From Candidatus Micrarchaeota archaeon (GTDB lineage Archaea; Micrarchaeota; Micrarchaeia; Norongarragalinales; Norongarragalinaceae): a DNA stretch of 44,623 nt. Below the pieces are notes generated by a model that was not told where the DNA came from, ran no database searches, and worked only from the letters and a program-made list of their open reading frames with translations. Both the position numbers and the translations under genes were made by a program. The DNA lies in NCBI GenBank assembly GCA_964634375.1, contig CAZWIQ010000001.1, positions 1,200 to 45,822 on the forward strand. Reading direction: 5' to 3'. Below, in pieces: positions 43,207 to 44,623 of the stretch (position 1 is its first letter; every line of letters begins with the position of its first letter).

Positions 43207-44250
43207 TTACTCGTAAACGCCGAGCAGCGCCCTCTTTTTCTCGAAGTGCTTGCGCACTGGCGCGATTACCTCGTCGAGCTCGCGCGCGATCGCGCGCTTG
43301 AGGTCCGCGGGGTGCAGCTCCCCGTTTTCGAACGCCTTCTCGAGCGCCGCGTACGACGCAAATTCAGCGTCGCCTCCGAACTTCGCGTCGCGCTCGATTT
43401 TAATATTTGTTTTCTCGTGGAACACGATGTTTTCAGCTATCGCGAGAACAGGGTTTCCCGCCGCGGTTTTCGGGGGGCAGTACGCTTTCGCGATTTTGCG
43501 CTCGATTTCCTCGGCCGAGTCGTGCACGAAAACGCAAGTCCACGGCTTGCTCTTGCTCATCTTCGCCGCCACGACTCCGTCTTCGCCTTCGCCCGCCGCC
43601 GTTTTCTCGGGTTCCGCCAAGCCGGGAAGCAAGGCGTGGTGGAGCGCGACCGGCGGCTTCCAACCCATTTTCGGGAACGTTTCGCGCGCCAGCATGTGGA
43701 TTTTTCGCTGCTCTAAGCCGGCGTGCGCGATATCGACGTTAAGCCACTTCATGTCCACCGCCTGCATGGGCGGGTAAAAGTATTGCGCGAGACTCAGCGA
43801 GTCTTTCTCGCTGCGGCCCATGATCGTGAGGCAGCGCACGTCGCGCGCGAGCGTGAGCTCGCGCGAAAAACGCACGACGTCTTCCCAGTACTCGCGCGAG
43901 TACAATTCGCTTCCCAGAACCGTTTTCACGCCGGGACAAAAGAATTGAAACGCTTCCTTGTAGTAAGCGCAAGCGCCTTGAATCTTTTCCCAGTTTCCGC
44001 CGAACTTCTTGTTTATGAGCGAGTGCCAGTCCGCCAAAAACACGACGCACTCGCACCCGGCGGCCTGCAAATCGCGTATCTTGAAGCCGCTCACAATGAG
44101 CGAGCCGAGGTGCAGGAGCCCGCTTGCCTCGAACCCGATGTAGTGGCGCGGCTTCGGCTTCGCCTCGAACAACGCGCGCAACTCGTCGCGAGTAACGACT
44201 TCCTCCGTGGGCGGGCGCAACGCCAAATCGAGCTTCGTTTCAACGTCCAT
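43207..44250 (-). CDS. tyrS: Tyrosyl-tRNA synthetase (class I)
   Basis: HYIGFEASGLLHLGS is the HIGH-region equivalent, with ADWHSLINKKFGG and KMSKSKP. About 347 aa, as in the longer archaeal TyrRS type. TrpRS is not fully excluded. Confidence 0.85.
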   Translation of the reverse strand: MDVETKLDLALRPPTEEVVTRDELRALFEAKPKPRHYIGFEASGLLHLGSLIVSGFKIRDLQAAGCECVVFLADWHSLINKKFGGNWEKIQGACAYYKEAFQFFCPGVKTVLGSELYSREYWEDVVRFSRELTLARDVRCLTIMGRSEKDSLSLAQYFYPPMQAVDMKWLNVDIAHAGLEQRKIHMLARETFPKMGWKPPVALHHALLPGLAEPEKTAAGEGEDGVVAAKMSKSKPWTCVFVHDSAEEIERKIAKAYCPPKTAAGNPVLAIAENIVFHEKTNIKIERDAKFGGDAEFASYAALEKAFENGELHPADLKRAIARELDEVIAPVRKHFEKKRALLGVYE

Positions 44251-44291
44251 GAAAACCGCAGTAATTAAAGTTCGGCGCGTTTAAAACGCTT

Positions 44292-44623
44292 GTGAAAAAA
44301 GACGCCGTCAAACTCGTGATTACCAAGCGCGCTTTCGAGAGCGCGCTCGAGTCGTCGCGCGCGACGTTTCCGAACGAGTTCATAGGCTTGTTCCGCGGCA
44401 AAGAAAAAACGGTTAAAGGCTTGAAAACCGTCCGGCTCTCCGAACTCATCATCGCGCCCTTCAGCGATTACGGCGACGGTTACTCGACGTTCAGCGACAT
44501 CTTCCTCCCGCTGCACATCGACGCGCTCGCGTCGTTCCACTCGCACCCGCGCCCTCCCGCGGCTCCGTCGCGCGGCGACCTCCACTTTTTTTCGAGGAAA
44601 GGCAAGTACCACTTCATCGCTTG
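44292..44623 (+). CDS. JAMM/MPN+ metalloprotease domain protein; 3' end lies outside the window
   Basis: My own translation from GTG 44292 is VKKDAVKLVITKRAFESALESSRATFPNEFIGLFRG...ASFHSHPRPPAAPSRGDLHFF. It carries the E...H-S-H-x7-S-x2-D JAMM signature. This is preferred over the antisense track ORF 44265..44612. Confidence 0.75.
   Translation, partial: MKKDAVKLVITKRAFESALESSRATFPNEFIGLFRGKEKTVKGLKTVRLSELIIAPFSDYGDGYSTFSDIFLPLHIDALASFHSHPRPPAAPSRGDLHFFSRKGKYHFIA

Noticed and set aside
44265-44612. 115-aa minus-strand ORF at the window end.
   Set aside because: The plus strand over the same region encodes a convincing JAMM/MPN+ motif (E...HSHP-x7-S-x2-D) starting 41 bp after the divergent tyrS. 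The minus-strand translation is Arg/Glu/Val-rich and motif-free.

Overview
Visibly GC-rich archaeal chromosomal segment with G/C-dominated third codon positions and dense coding. I support about 58 protein genes and 2 tRNAs; there is no rRNA, CRISPR array, transposase or integrase. The gene content is archaeal informational and housekeeping. It includes a complete A1AO ATP synthase operon in the canonical order atpH-I-K-E-C-F-A-B-D (4986-14222). It also includes the ftsZ-secE-spt5 ... rpl11 cluster, Orc1/Cdc6 and Elp3. A ribosome-biogenesis block follows (nep1, RNase P Rpp21, eS19, PDCD5-like, eL39, eL31, aIF6, prefoldin alpha, ftsY). Other calls are S-adenosylhomocysteine hydrolase, a UbiA-type prenyltransferase, a CDP-alcohol phosphatidyltransferase and tyrS. 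The small streamlined proteins, an intron-containing tRNA-Ile(UAU) and a pilus locus fit an uncultivated, possibly DPANN-like, archaeon, but lineage cannot be proven from this window. The five main second-look items follow. (1) Two secreted bacterial-type murein hydrolases (Amidase_3 plus an M15-like Zn peptidase) sit antisense between spt5 and rpl11, which are normally adjacent. (2) An Epd/Tad-like type IV pilus locus has a split platform protein and two Gln+1 (DUF361-type) pilins, one only about 44 aa. (3) A tRNA-Ile carries a genomically encoded UAU anticodon and a 49-nt intron. (4) A histone-fold protein has an acidic N-terminal tail and a coiled-coil C-terminal extension. (5) A duplicated c-subunit has a single carboxylate and an E. 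hirae NtpK-like Na+ signature. Many long antisense ORFs in the track are GC artefacts and were rejected. All calls rest on reading the translations and on remembered family motifs; no database search was run.
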